This document shows, one piece after another, positions 19,996-29,572 of a stretch of DNA of 64,000 bases. The DNA comes from Ostreococcus lucimarinus (Eukaryota), in the NCBI GenBank assembly GCA_000092065.1, contig CP000595.1; one strand, 5' to 3'. Both the position numbers and the translations under genes were made by a program. The stretch's first letter is position 1, and every line of letters begins with the position of its first letter. Under the pieces are notes generated by a model. The model was given only the letters and a program-made list of their open reading frames with translations, had not been told where the DNA came from and searched no databases.

Positions 19996-21450
19996 TCAAT
20001 GCGCCACCGCGAACGCGGAGCGAATCAAGAATGGGTTGTTTCCGTCGTCGTCGCTGTCCATTTCGTCGTCGCTATCGACACTGAACGCTTCGCGAGTGAT
20101 AGGATCCTTCCTGTCGAAGATAATGCGACCGCTGCGACCGTAACGGGGTCGACACTGCTTGAGATTGACGCCGAGCGGAAGCAAGAACGTTCGCACCGCG
20201 GCCATGGATGGAGACTTGGTGAACAGCATCTCGATGTCTGGAATCTCCGGCGGCGGTTGATACGGCAACACGGGAATTTGGACTCTCGGGCGAGGCGCGT
20301 AACCGCCGAGCGCGGCAAGACCGAGCTCGCGACGACGCTTGCGTCCGGCGAGATCGCCCATGTCGTCGCCCAACACGACGTATTGTCCATCGGGTTTCTT
20401 GATGAGTTCCACCGCGCCACCGGCGAGGACGATGTTCTTGTTCGGCGGAATCTCCGGCGTCTCCGTCTTGAAGCGCTTCTTGTCCGCCTCCATGACTTTT
20501 TGCTCGATCGCCTCGAGCGACGCCTTGGGCTCGTGTCGAAGCTTGATTTGGAGTTTTTGCAGCTCCTGCTCGACGGTGAGCAACTCGCTCTTGCGTTTCT
20601 CACGCTTCACTACGAGCTCGAGCACGCCTATGGAAATGTCGAGCGACTTGCGCAGCTGACGAAGCTTGTCGTAGCTCGTCACGTCGTTCTCGCGACGTCG
20701 ACGAGTCTGCGGTCTAGAAATCTTCTCGCGCGGCCGGAACACGTTGAACGGGTTACTGTCGTTCGGTGCCGGTGGCGGTTGTAACCGACGCAGAAGCGGC
20801 TTCTTCAAGCGCTGGCGCCTGTCCGTCCAGTACTCGTACACCGCCGTGAGAATGGCTTGCTTGCCACTGATTTCTTGAAGCAACTCCAACGCTTTATCTT
20901 TGGGTAGGTTTGTCACGACACCCAGCGCGTCCACTTTTTCTTGGTAGCTGATCACTTGCCCGCGCGCCGCGGCCATAGCCGTGTTCGCCTTCATGATCTT
21001 CTCGTTCGCCTCGGCGCACGCCAATTCCAACTTCCACAGCATCTCCTCGAATTTCTCCGCGCTCAGCACTTCGGAGCCATCGTTATAATTCTCCAACCAA
21101 TCCTCATCCTCGTTATCCAAATCATACTCCACGTAACTCGTCGTCTCCGTCGGCGGCAGCCCGCACGTCAATTTTGAGCGCAAGTAATAATCCGGCTGCT
21201 TATAATTCGTCGGATAATCCGATTCGTACGACGACACGTTCAAAATCTCAGGAATAGGAATTTCACTCACCCCAGTCGTCGTTTCCTTCGTCAGCACCTC
21301 CTCGTTCTCTTTATCCAGCGCCTTGTGCGCGTGCGTCACCTCGCGTTGTACCACCTGCTCATCCTTAATCGCATCTGGATCGCGCAACAGGGCCAACTGC
21401 GACGTGATATCGATAGGTCGCGCCCTGAACGATGTCTGTCGAGTCGCCAT
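19996..21450 (-). CDS. Enhancer-of-polycomb-like protein (EPC/Epl1, NuA4 subunit)
   Basis: N-terminal MATRQTSFRARPIDITSQLALLRDPD... and the EPcA region (...YVEYDLDNEDEDWLENYNDGSEVLSAEKFEEMLWKLE...) match the EPC N-terminal domain. Confidence 0.7.
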   Translation of the reverse strand: MATRQTSFRARPIDITSQLALLRDPDAIKDEQVVQREVTHAHKALDKENEEVLTKETTTGVSEIPIPEILNVSSYESDYPTNYKQPDYYLRSKLTCGLPPTETTSYVEYDLDNEDEDWLENYNDGSEVLSAEKFEEMLWKLELACAEANEKIMKANTAMAAARGQVISYQEKVDALGVVTNLPKDKALELLQEISGKQAILTAVYEYWTDRRQRLKKPLLRRLQPPPAPNDSNPFNVFRPREKISRPQTRRRRENDVTSYDKLRQLRKSLDISIGVLELVVKREKRKSELLTVEQELQKLQIKLRHEPKASLEAIEQKVMEADKKRFKTETPEIPPNKNIVLAGGAVELIKKPDGQYVVLGDDMGDLAGRKRRRELGLAALGGYAPRPRVQIPVLPYQPPPEIPDIEMLFTKSPSMAAVRTFLLPLGVNLKQCRPRYGRSGRIIFDRKDPITREAFSVDSDDEMDSDDDGNNPFLIRSAFAVAH

Positions 21451-21773
21451 CGCGCTTCGTCCTCGACAGCGCGCTTCTGTCGAGCGCTACGACGGCAATG
21501 CCGCGATTTCGCTTCAAATTGCCGAATGCGCGCGATCGCACGCGAGAATCTCGCGTTTACGCGTCGACGCGCGCGCACGAACGGTCTTGTGCGAGCGCAA
21601 ACTCGAGATCGGACGTTCGCAGACGCGCTCGCGGCGTAAGACGCGGCGCCGTCGCGCGCGGCGCGCTCTGCGGCGGCGAATTCGCGGCGAATTGGCCTAG
21701 GTCACGCGAGCCGAAAGTCCTATTTAAAAGTCTACACTATGGAAGCGGCGCGCGCGCGAACGCGAAACAAAGC

Positions 21774-24700
21774 TCAGAAGAACTTCTTCACGAGATGACG
21801 CTTTAAAACCTCGGATGAACACGAAGGACACTTGCCAGGACCTTTTGGCTTGACGAGACGAAGCCAACAGGCGTAGCACGCGATGTGCTTGCAGGTGGAC
21901 GCCTCGAAGGGCTTGTCGCACGTGGCGCCGCAGGCGACGCACGCGCGAGGAGGAGCGACGACAGCCAAGCCGGGAGGGGCGCCAGCGGCGGATTTCTGAG
22001 CCTTGACTTTTTCTTGACGCTCTATCAGAGCGCGGCGATGCTTTTCGTAGATGGGCTTGTGCGCCGCAGGGACGAATTCGCCGAAGAGGGCGTACAAGCC
22101 TTTCGGGTTCTCCGGCGCCTTGAGCACGCGACTGGCGACGCGAAGGAGGTCACCAATATCGAACGCCTCGGTCTTCACTTTGTCAAGCTCGGCGATGAGT
22201 TCGTCGTAGGAATCACACGAGAGTTCAAGACGCGCACGACGCATAAAAAGCTTGGTACGATCTGCGCTCGGCGGCGCCTCGTTTTGATCGCTCGCGCTCG
22301 CCGAGTCCTTCTCATTCTGCTGCCCACTCGTCTTTGAGAGCTGAAGGAGAAGGGTCGACCTTTTCATCGCCTCTTGCGTTTTTTTACCATGCTTTTCGCG
22401 GAAGATTTCTGCTGCCGTCGTTTGAAGCGGGACTTTTTGCTTTGACACAAGCATAAACTTTTGGCGAGCCACTTCGTCTTCGCCACCACCTTGGTCCTTC
22501 GTGAATTGACGAACGAGCGACGTGATCGACGTACCCGCTTGCGTGAAATCTTGTTTGTTCTGTGACTTTTTCACGAAAGCAGCGCCCGAGGTTTTTGGTT
22601 TCACCTGCGCGATATCGACGAATTTGGCGGGCGCGGCGGCTTTCACCTTTGCGCCCGCTCTCGCGTGCTCTTGGAAGAATTCCTTCAAGCCGTGCACAGC
22701 ACTGTGAAACACCGAGTGCACTTGCACTGACGGTCGAAGCCAAAGTGAAAGTTGATTTCGCGCGTTTTCGTTCGCGAAACGCTCGTCGGCAAGGATAACG
22801 GCGCCGAAGTCATCCTTGTGGCGAATGACACGCCCAAGCGCCTGGTTCACTGCGCGCATCGCGGTTTGAGAGTACCACTCGTTCCCAGAGTACGCACCCC
22901 CGTTGTCCGCTTTTCGCTTATCCAAATACGTTCGCTTGTGCATCACGAGTGGATCCTTCGCGCCCGCGTACGGAATACCAGTGAGAATCACGCCACGGCA
23001 CGCCTTGTCTGCGAAATCGATGCCTTCGCTCAGCTTACCCCTACACACGGCGAAGAACGCCGCACCGCGCCTCGAATCCTCTTCAAGCGCCTTGTTGTAG
23101 CTATCGTAGCACGCATGAAATTCATCTGCATTGCTTGGCTCAACCAAGCACGTTTTGTTCGTCTCGAGCTGGTTCCAAAGCCCAGTCGATCTCCAGTGAT
23201 TGACGCACGAGTGCATGACGCCGTACGACGGAAAGAACACGAGCAATCCATCGGGTACGATTCTTGCCGTACTTAAAATCACGCTCCCTATCTCTGTCTT
23301 ATACTCGCGCGTATCGCGAAATCTAAATGAGCTGTTCAGCACGCCGTTATTCGGCCCGTGCGTGACGACTCCGCCCCAAACTTGATTCCTTTTGATCACG
23401 TGCGGATTCTCCAAGCGCACGGGAAAATCCAATGCGAGCTCTGACGCGAAAGATTCCATGGGGGAGAGCGTACCAGAGGCAAGCAAAAATGTTCCAACGC
23501 CTTTATCGATCAGTGCCTTGAGGCAAAGACCTGGAAAGAAGCACCAGTACGACAACGTCGGCCCGGCGCGCGCGCGATTGCTTGTCTTAAACTTCTCCAT
23601 ATCCGGCCCAAGTCTCGTGACGAAATACTGCTCATATCGATGCACGAATATCCTCTCTATGAAATTACCGATTTCCATTAACGGTGTTTCGTTTTGTGTC
23701 GGCTGCGCCATGAAATCGCTCCCGAGTTGCACCGTCCGCGAAGCGCTCTTAATGAGCTTTGTGATGTGCTCGTAAGTATCCGCCGTGATGTTCAACTCGG
23801 CGAGAATAACGTAGATGAACGCGCCGTCACCAATACGCTCGCCGAGACCTCCTTCGTGCTTGGCGTTCGGCGCCTTGGCCGCCTCACGACAAATACTATC
23901 GAGCAACCCTTCGAGTTGCACCAACACGCCCGTTAACATTTTAAAATCTTCACCCTTGAACGCCGCAGCGTCCTTGTCCATCCCTCTGCTAAAAAGTTGC
24001 AAATCTGCCTCGCTCACGATTCCTTCCCCGCTAGTGTCTTCTAAAGTCAACTTTGTCTCGTAAGCTCTCTCCGATTCCTTGATGGCTTTCGCCAATTTCG
24101 CCGCGGTGAGGGAATAACTCATGCTATCAGAAGCGCTCGACTCGAGGTTGTGCGCCTCGTCCACGATAATCACCGCGTTCTCCCACGCGATTTCCAATCC
24201 TTTGCGCACGCTCTCATCGAGCAGGTAATTATAAGGCATAAAAATTATCTCCGCCTCCGCGCACTTCGTGCGGGCGAGATAAAACGGACACGGCCCCCTC
24301 GCCTTGGCCTTGGACACCAAATCCTCGATGTCTTGCACGCCGTCGCTGAATAAATCGAATCGCCCATCCCGCCCCTGCAGCGCCCGATCGAGCGTCACTT
24401 TCGCCCCACACTTTTGCTGCTGCACCAATTTAGCGCATCTATTTTTCTGTTCCGTCCCATTCAACGCTCGAACGTCGTCCCGCGCGCACGCGTGCCGCCG
24501 ACTCGCGAGCGTCGTCGCGCGCGTCGTCGAATCAAACAATTTCAACTCTCGCACCACTTGATCCACCTGCGAGTGCGTCCTCGTCGCGTACACAATCACC
24601 GGCGCGCGCGTGCGCTCCTTTTTTTCCACGTCATCCACGAACTCCCGTCCCGACGTCCCCGCGACGTCGTCGGCGTCTCCGGCGCCGCCTCGCCCATCTC

Positions 24701-25085
24701 TCACTTCCTCCCTAAATTTCCGCTTCCTTGCCCGTCCTTCGCTCCGCACGAACGCCAGCGCGCTCGCAAGCAAGCACAGCGTCTTCCCCGTGCCCGTGGG
24801 CGACTCCAAGAGCGCGTGTTCGCCGCGACACATCGCCAAGAGTGCTTTTTCCATGAAAACGAGCTGATTGTCGTACGCTTCGAACGGAAAGTCAACCGTG
24901 AACGCGCGCTTGTGCGCGATCTTGACCCCGTCCGCGGGCACGGTGATGGTGTACGAGTGCATCGTGCCCATGATGCGGCCGAGCGCGGCGGACGACGCCG
25001 CGCGCGCCGCGCGGCGGAGTGATGATGGAGAACGCGAAGGGACGACAGCTGGGGCGCGGCGTTTGAAATCGAAAGCGACGGACAT
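21774..25085 (-). CDS. RAD3/XPD-family (DEAD_2) Fe-S helicase, RTEL1-like, with C-terminal C4C4 RING-like zinc finger
   Basis: VDFPFEAYDNQLVFMEKAL...LESPTGTGKTLCLLASALAF; TRTHSQVDQVVRELK; DEAHNL; C-terminal CVACGATCDKPFEASTCKHIACYACWLRLVKPKGPGKCPSCS. The RING tail favours RTEL1 over FANCJ or DDX11 (inference). Confidence 0.75.
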   Translation of the reverse strand: MSVAFDFKRRAPAVVPSRSPSSLRRAARAASSAALGRIMGTMHSYTITVPADGVKIAHKRAFTVDFPFEAYDNQLVFMEKALLAMCRGEHALLESPTGTGKTLCLLASALAFVRSEGRARKRKFREEVRDGRGGAGDADDVAGTSGREFVDDVEKKERTRAPVIVYATRTHSQVDQVVRELKLFDSTTRATTLASRRHACARDDVRALNGTEQKNRCAKLVQQQKCGAKVTLDRALQGRDGRFDLFSDGVQDIEDLVSKAKARGPCPFYLARTKCAEAEIIFMPYNYLLDESVRKGLEIAWENAVIIVDEAHNLESSASDSMSYSLTAAKLAKAIKESERAYETKLTLEDTSGEGIVSEADLQLFSRGMDKDAAAFKGEDFKMLTGVLVQLEGLLDSICREAAKAPNAKHEGGLGERIGDGAFIYVILAELNITADTYEHITKLIKSASRTVQLGSDFMAQPTQNETPLMEIGNFIERIFVHRYEQYFVTRLGPDMEKFKTSNRARAGPTLSYWCFFPGLCLKALIDKGVGTFLLASGTLSPMESFASELALDFPVRLENPHVIKRNQVWGGVVTHGPNNGVLNSSFRFRDTREYKTEIGSVILSTARIVPDGLLVFFPSYGVMHSCVNHWRSTGLWNQLETNKTCLVEPSNADEFHACYDSYNKALEEDSRRGAAFFAVCRGKLSEGIDFADKACRGVILTGIPYAGAKDPLVMHKRTYLDKRKADNGGAYSGNEWYSQTAMRAVNQALGRVIRHKDDFGAVILADERFANENARNQLSLWLRPSVQVHSVFHSAVHGLKEFFQEHARAGAKVKAAAPAKFVDIAQVKPKTSGAAFVKKSQNKQDFTQAGTSITSLVRQFTKDQGGGEDEVARQKFMLVSKQKVPLQTTAAEIFREKHGKKTQEAMKRSTLLLQLSKTSGQQNEKDSASASDQNEAPPSADRTKLFMRRARLELSCDSYDELIAELDKVKTEAFDIGDLLRVASRVLKAPENPKGLYALFGEFVPAAHKPIYEKHRRALIERQEKVKAQKSAAGAPPGLAVVAPPRACVACGATCDKPFEASTCKHIACYACWLRLVKPKGPGKCPSCSSEVLKRHLVKKFF

Positions 25086-25157
25086 TCGGCTCGAACGGTC
25101 GATCGGTGCGGTGCGTTTCTCGATTGATATAGCTACGGTGAGTGCGAACGTGCGTCG

Positions 25158-26597
25158 CTAGAGGAAATCGGCGTATCGCGAGGTGAAGTCGCTCTTGCTG
25201 CGTTGGCACCACCCGCTCGAACTGCTGTCGCTCGGATTGACCACGATGTTGTTGTCGAAGTAGATGACGGATCCTGTTTCGAACTCTTCTTTTTCGTTGA
25301 TGATTTTCGGACGGTCGAGTCTCGCGAACCACGTGCCGAGAATCTTGTGAAAACGCCACGAGGAGGCGTGGAGCTCGTTCGCTGCGAGCAATTTGAGTCT
25401 GTCTCTGCCGTAATAGAACGTGAAAAACAAGGCGTCGCTATCGAGACGTTTGAAGAGCGCCGGGTTGTCCAACTGGCATCCGGGCGGTATGTCTCGAGGT
25501 GATCGCGGATACGACGATGGCGTCGCGATTTTACTCTTTTGCGGCGCCGACGCGGATTTCTTTGCGTTCTTCTCGCTCGATAACCGCCAATTCGCATCCG
25601 CGCTGAGTCCTTCGCGCGGAAGCTTGGCGCACGCGATTTCGAGCAAGCGATGGCTGACATGTCGGTCATTTATAACGACGCCGCGAATCGACACGCCCGA
25701 TGGAATATCGGCGTGTTCGAGAGCCATGGCACCGCCGCTCTCGGGCGAAATCTCACCGTACGCGTGTCCGCCGCGCGACAGTTCATCCAGGCTCAACAAT
25801 CCATTCCCGGGTAAATCGAAAATACACGCGTCCGGATGCATCCCGGTCGTAACCTTCGCGCGCGAAGTCGACGCAGACGACTTTTTCGGCGACGTCGCCT
25901 CGAATTTCGCCTGCAAACGATTTACCGCCGCGCCTTCGTCGCCGCCGTCCTCCGAGCGTTTCGGCTTCTTCGCCTGCGCCTCCGCCGGGGTCGAAGGCGT
26001 CGACGTCCCCGACGTCGACGCTTCATCTACCGCCGCTCGCATCGCGCCGTCTTTCCCCGGCGTTTCCAAACGCTCGACGTCCGCCTCGCTCGCCTCGGCT
26101 CCCGCCTCATCGTCGCCGTCGCCGTCCTTCGTCGCGTCCGCCGCCAAAACGCTCTCAAACCACCCGATATCCGCCGCGCACTCCCGCATCGCGTCCTCGA
26201 TCTTCGCCGTCACCGCGTCGTCGACGTCATTGTTTTCTCTGTATTCCATCAACTCCCGCACGAGGTCGCGCAGGCGCGCGATCTCTCGAGTCAACTCCGT
26301 CTGCCCGTTCGTTCGTCGATTCGACGCGATTTCTCTCGTCAGTCTCGTCGCCGTTGACCGACCCTCTCGTCACCGACGCGCCGCCGCGCGCCTTCGCGGC
26401 GACCATCGCGCGCTCGTTCGTCTCGAATCATCGTCCGCGATCGCGTCGCGCACCTCGGCGCGTCGACGCGCGGCGTCGTCGTCGGCGGCGTTCGTCTCGC
26501 GAATCAGCTCGACCGCGCGCGCGGCGTGTTCGCGACACCCATCGATGCGCTTCGTTCGGCTCTGTATCTCCGCCGCGTGTCGTCCGGGAAGCGTCAT
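25158..26597 (-). CDS. CCR4-NOT complex subunit 3/5 (CNOT3-like); proposed two exons (26597..26454, 26300..25158) with a 153-nt intron at 26301..26453
   Basis: C-terminal NOT box (PALFKRLDSDALFFTFYYGRDRLKLLAANELHASSWRFHKILGTWFAR). Track start 26294 is TTG. Upstream exon from ATG 26597 (MTLPGRHAAEIQSRTKRIDGCREHAARAVELIRETNAADDDAARRRAE) ends at GTGCGC; AGACTGACG lies 41 nt before CAG. The joined product ...E|TELTREIARLRDLVRELMEY resembles the CNOT3 N-terminal Not3 domain (EIDRCLKKVSEG...KKEIKKLQRLRDQIKTW). Confidence 0.6.
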
Positions 26598-27465
26598 GCG
26601 CGCGCGATTCGGTCGCGCGCGCGCGCGCGCGGCGCGTCGCGGTCGGCGGCGCCGCGCGCGTCGATGAGTGGCGATTTTGACGCGCCGAGAGACGAACAGA
26701 CACTTCGACGCCGACGCCGCGGCGCGTCGACCGGAACGAAGGGCGATATCATACAAATTTATCGTAACACTCGACGCGGGCGCTTCGCGAGACGCGACGA
26801 TCGAGCGCGGTCGTCGTCGACCCGCGCGCGCGTTCGCGGCGTCAGCCGTGCGAACAAACTTTACGCGCGCGAGCGTCACCTCGCCGCGCTCGATCGTCGC
26901 GCCGTCGCGCGAGTCGCCCTTCGCGTCGTTCGCGTCGCTCGCGTCACCCGCATCCGGCGCCCGAGGACGCGTCGCCCGTCAACCCTAAATCATCCGCGCT
27001 CAGCTCGCGCTCGAGGGCCTCGATGATCTCCAGCGCGCTCGGCGGTCGGCCTCGCGAGAGCGCGCTGAACGCGGCGTCCTTCGCGCGCGCCCCCTCGAGA
27101 TCCGCCTCTCCCGACCCATCGTCCAGGCTGTCGCACACCACCACCTCGAACGCCCCCGGTCGAGGTCCCGCGTCGCCGACGACGCGCGCGTCGTTGCCGT
27201 CCACCATCAATCGCGGGAACGCGTCCTCGACGGCGTCGGCGACGGCGAGAAATGCATTTAAATGCTTCCCTTCGTCGTATTCGACGTGAATCGTCCTCGG
27301 CGGCGCGTTCCCGAGCGCGCTTCGTCACGCGTACGCGCGGTAGACGACGCGCGCGCGAAGTCGCTCGCATCCGCGCCGCGCGAGCGCGCGGAGCGCGGAC
27401 ATGACGACGTCGAAGCGGCGAAACGTCGCGCAGTGACGCTTTATCCGGGACACCGCGACGTCACG

Positions 27466-28500
27466 ATGACGCGCGTCGCGCGGCGGCTGCGACGCGCGAG
27501 CGCGACGCTCGCGCGCGCGATGACGTCGATGGTTCATCACTCCGCGACGCGGCACGCGCCGGGGGCGAACGGCGCGGTGCCCGTGGTGCATCACGCGAGC
27601 TACAGCAAACCAGTCATGCCGCGCGGGCACAGATTTCCGATGACTGTTTTCCAGCGCGTGCACGACATCCTGCGCGAAGAGGGCGTCATCGCGAGAGGGC
27701 AGACGAATTGCTTCGTCCCGGGACGCGCGCCGAGCGTGGACGAGCTGTGTCGAGCGCACGATGAAGATTACGTGAGAGACGTGCGCGCGAGCGCGCTGGA
27801 CGCGAAGCGCGAGAGAGAAATCGGACTGCCGTGGAGCGACGCGCTCGTGGAGAGAACGCTGATGGAGGTTTCGGGGACGATGCTGACGGTGGATTTGGCG
27901 ATGAAGGTGGGATTGTGCGTGAACACGGCGGGAGGGACGCATCACGCGCATCGCGATAGGGGGAGCGGGTTTTGCATCGTCAACGATTTGGCGGTGTCGG
28001 CGCTGAGGGCGATCGATTCGGGGGCGGTGTCGAGGGTGATGATTATAGATTTAGACGTGCATCAAGGCGATGGGACGGCGGCGATTTTAGCGAACGAACC
28101 GGGCGTGTTTACGTTTTCGGCGCACGCGAAGTCTAATTTTCCGGCGCGAAAGCAACAGAGCACGCGAGACGTCGAGCTGCCGCGCGGGATGACGGACGAC
28201 GCGTACATGGCCGTCGTCGCGGCGGCGATGCGAGAGTCTCTCGAAGACTTTCGGCCAGAGTTGGTGATTTACGACGCAGGCGTGGACGTGACGTCGAACG
28301 ACACACTCGGACATCTCGATCTCACCGTCGAAGGGCTGTATCGACGCGAGCGCATGGTGATGGACACCGTGCTCGGCGCCGGCATTCCCCTCGCGGGGGT
28401 CGTCGGGGGTGGGTACTCACCGGATATAGATGAGCTCGCGAGTCGTCACGCAGTCTTGCATCGCGTGGCGCGCGAAATGTTCGTCGATCACGGGTTGTAA
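27466..28500 (+). CDS. Histone-deacetylase-superfamily enzyme (class IV HDAC11 / AcuC-like)
   Basis: VVHHASYSKPVMPRGHRFPM (HDAC11-like N-term), GGTHHAHRDRGSGFCIVNDLA, IIDLDVHQGDG, VIYDAGVDV, GGGY. The track ORF starts at 27262, but the first 68-86 residues are R-rich. Start placed at ATG 27466 (MTRVARRLRRAS..., presequence-like); the alternative is ATG 27520. Confidence 0.7.
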   Translation: MTRVARRLRRASATLARAMTSMVHHSATRHAPGANGAVPVVHHASYSKPVMPRGHRFPMTVFQRVHDILREEGVIARGQTNCFVPGRAPSVDELCRAHDEDYVRDVRASALDAKREREIGLPWSDALVERTLMEVSGTMLTVDLAMKVGLCVNTAGGTHHAHRDRGSGFCIVNDLAVSALRAIDSGAVSRVMIIDLDVHQGDGTAAILANEPGVFTFSAHAKSNFPARKQQSTRDVELPRGMTDDAYMAVVAAAMRESLEDFRPELVIYDAGVDVTSNDTLGHLDLTVEGLYRRERMVMDTVLGAGIPLAGVVGGGYSPDIDELASRHAVLHRVAREMFVDHGL

Positions 28501-28521
28501 ACTAAATTAATAGTATCGTAG

Positions 28522-29475
28522 TCATCCGGCATCTGTGACCCGTCGCCGTTCTTCGTCGATCTCCGGTAGCAACGCGTCCACGCGCGCCGCTCTGTGCGCT
28601 TCGTCATACAGTCGTCTGTGCTCTCGCCAGAAAGGCAAGATTTCGCGAAGGGAGACGTGCCCGCCGTCGGCGTCGTGTCGATGCCGATGTCGAGAAAGTG
28701 CGATTTCGAGACCGATTACCGCGTCGGCGTCCGGGAGAATCGGCATCGCTACTTTTTCCCAGGTGAGTCGTAGACTCTGCGCGTGTGGATGCTCTCGCTC
28801 AATCAGGAAGAGTATGACTTCCATGTTCCCATTTGACATGGCACAAAAGTACGTCTTCGCGTCCCAAGGACACCCGTGCTCGTGCGCGTACTTCAAACAC
28901 TCCAAATGTCCATAATTGGCGGCATACCAGCACGTCCACACGTTCCAAGGACACCCTTGCTCGTGTGCGTACTTCAAACACTCCAAATGTCCATTCTTGG
29001 CGGCATACCAGCACGTCTCCTCGTCCCAAGGACACCCGCGCTTGTGCGCGTACTTCAAACACTCCAACTGTCCATTCGAGGCGGCATCACGGCACGTCCA
29101 CACGTCCCAAGGACACCCGCGCTCGTGCGCGTACTTCAAACACTCCAAATGTCCATAACGGGCGGCATTCGCGCACGTCTTCGCGTTCCAAGGATACCCG
29201 AGCGCGCGCGCCTCTACGAGAAGGTCCAACCTCCCCACGGCGGCGCACGCACCAGACACAGTTCCTTGCGCATCCTCTTCCGGTCGTATACCGTCGTCCA
29301 AGGTGGCGATAGCATCCTCAATTGTGTTTCTATACAACCAGTCCACGTTTTCTTCCGCGATTGCCACGAGCGCGGCTCTCAAACGCGCCTGAACTTCACT
29401 CATGTGTGTCTCGCGAGTCGATGTGTGAGGACGCGCCGCCGATAGTCGCGCTCGACCACTCGATGACATTTTCAA
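28522..29475 (-). CDS. Ankyrin-like repeat protein, copy A (five 27-aa GCPWDxxTCxxAAxNGHLECLKYAHExx repeats)
   Basis: 317-aa ORF with five tandem 27-residue repeats encoded by an 81-bp nucleotide repeat. N- and C-termini are nearly identical to copy B. Confidence 0.75.
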   Translation of the reverse strand: MKMSSSGRARLSAARPHTSTRETHMSEVQARLRAALVAIAEENVDWLYRNTIEDAIATLDDGIRPEEDAQGTVSGACAAVGRLDLLVEARALGYPWNAKTCANAARYGHLECLKYAHERGCPWDVWTCRDAASNGQLECLKYAHKRGCPWDEETCWYAAKNGHLECLKYAHEQGCPWNVWTCWYAANYGHLECLKYAHEHGCPWDAKTYFCAMSNGNMEVILFLIEREHPHAQSLRLTWEKVAMPILPDADAVIGLEIALSRHRHRHDADGGHVSLREILPFWREHRRLYDEAHRAARVDALLPEIDEERRRVTDAG

Positions 29476-29572
29476 GCGCGATCGTATCGTACGACGCGGC
29501 GATTCAGTGACGATAAACTAAACTAATCGTAGGTAGGGAGGTGCACGTTACATCATCGCGTCGTCATCGTCG

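Noticed and set aside
22727-22733. ACTGACG branch-like motifs on the plus strand at 22727, 57390, 36644 and 56590
   Set aside because: They lie inside or downstream of minus-strand genes, or in 3' flanks without a matching GTGCG donor and frame-preserving join. Treated as chance occurrences.
27296-27298. In-frame TGA between the mini-ORF and the 117-codon ORF as selenocysteine recoding
   Set aside because: No selenoprotein family resemblance and no obvious SECIS-like structure. Simple stop or intronic position is far more likely.
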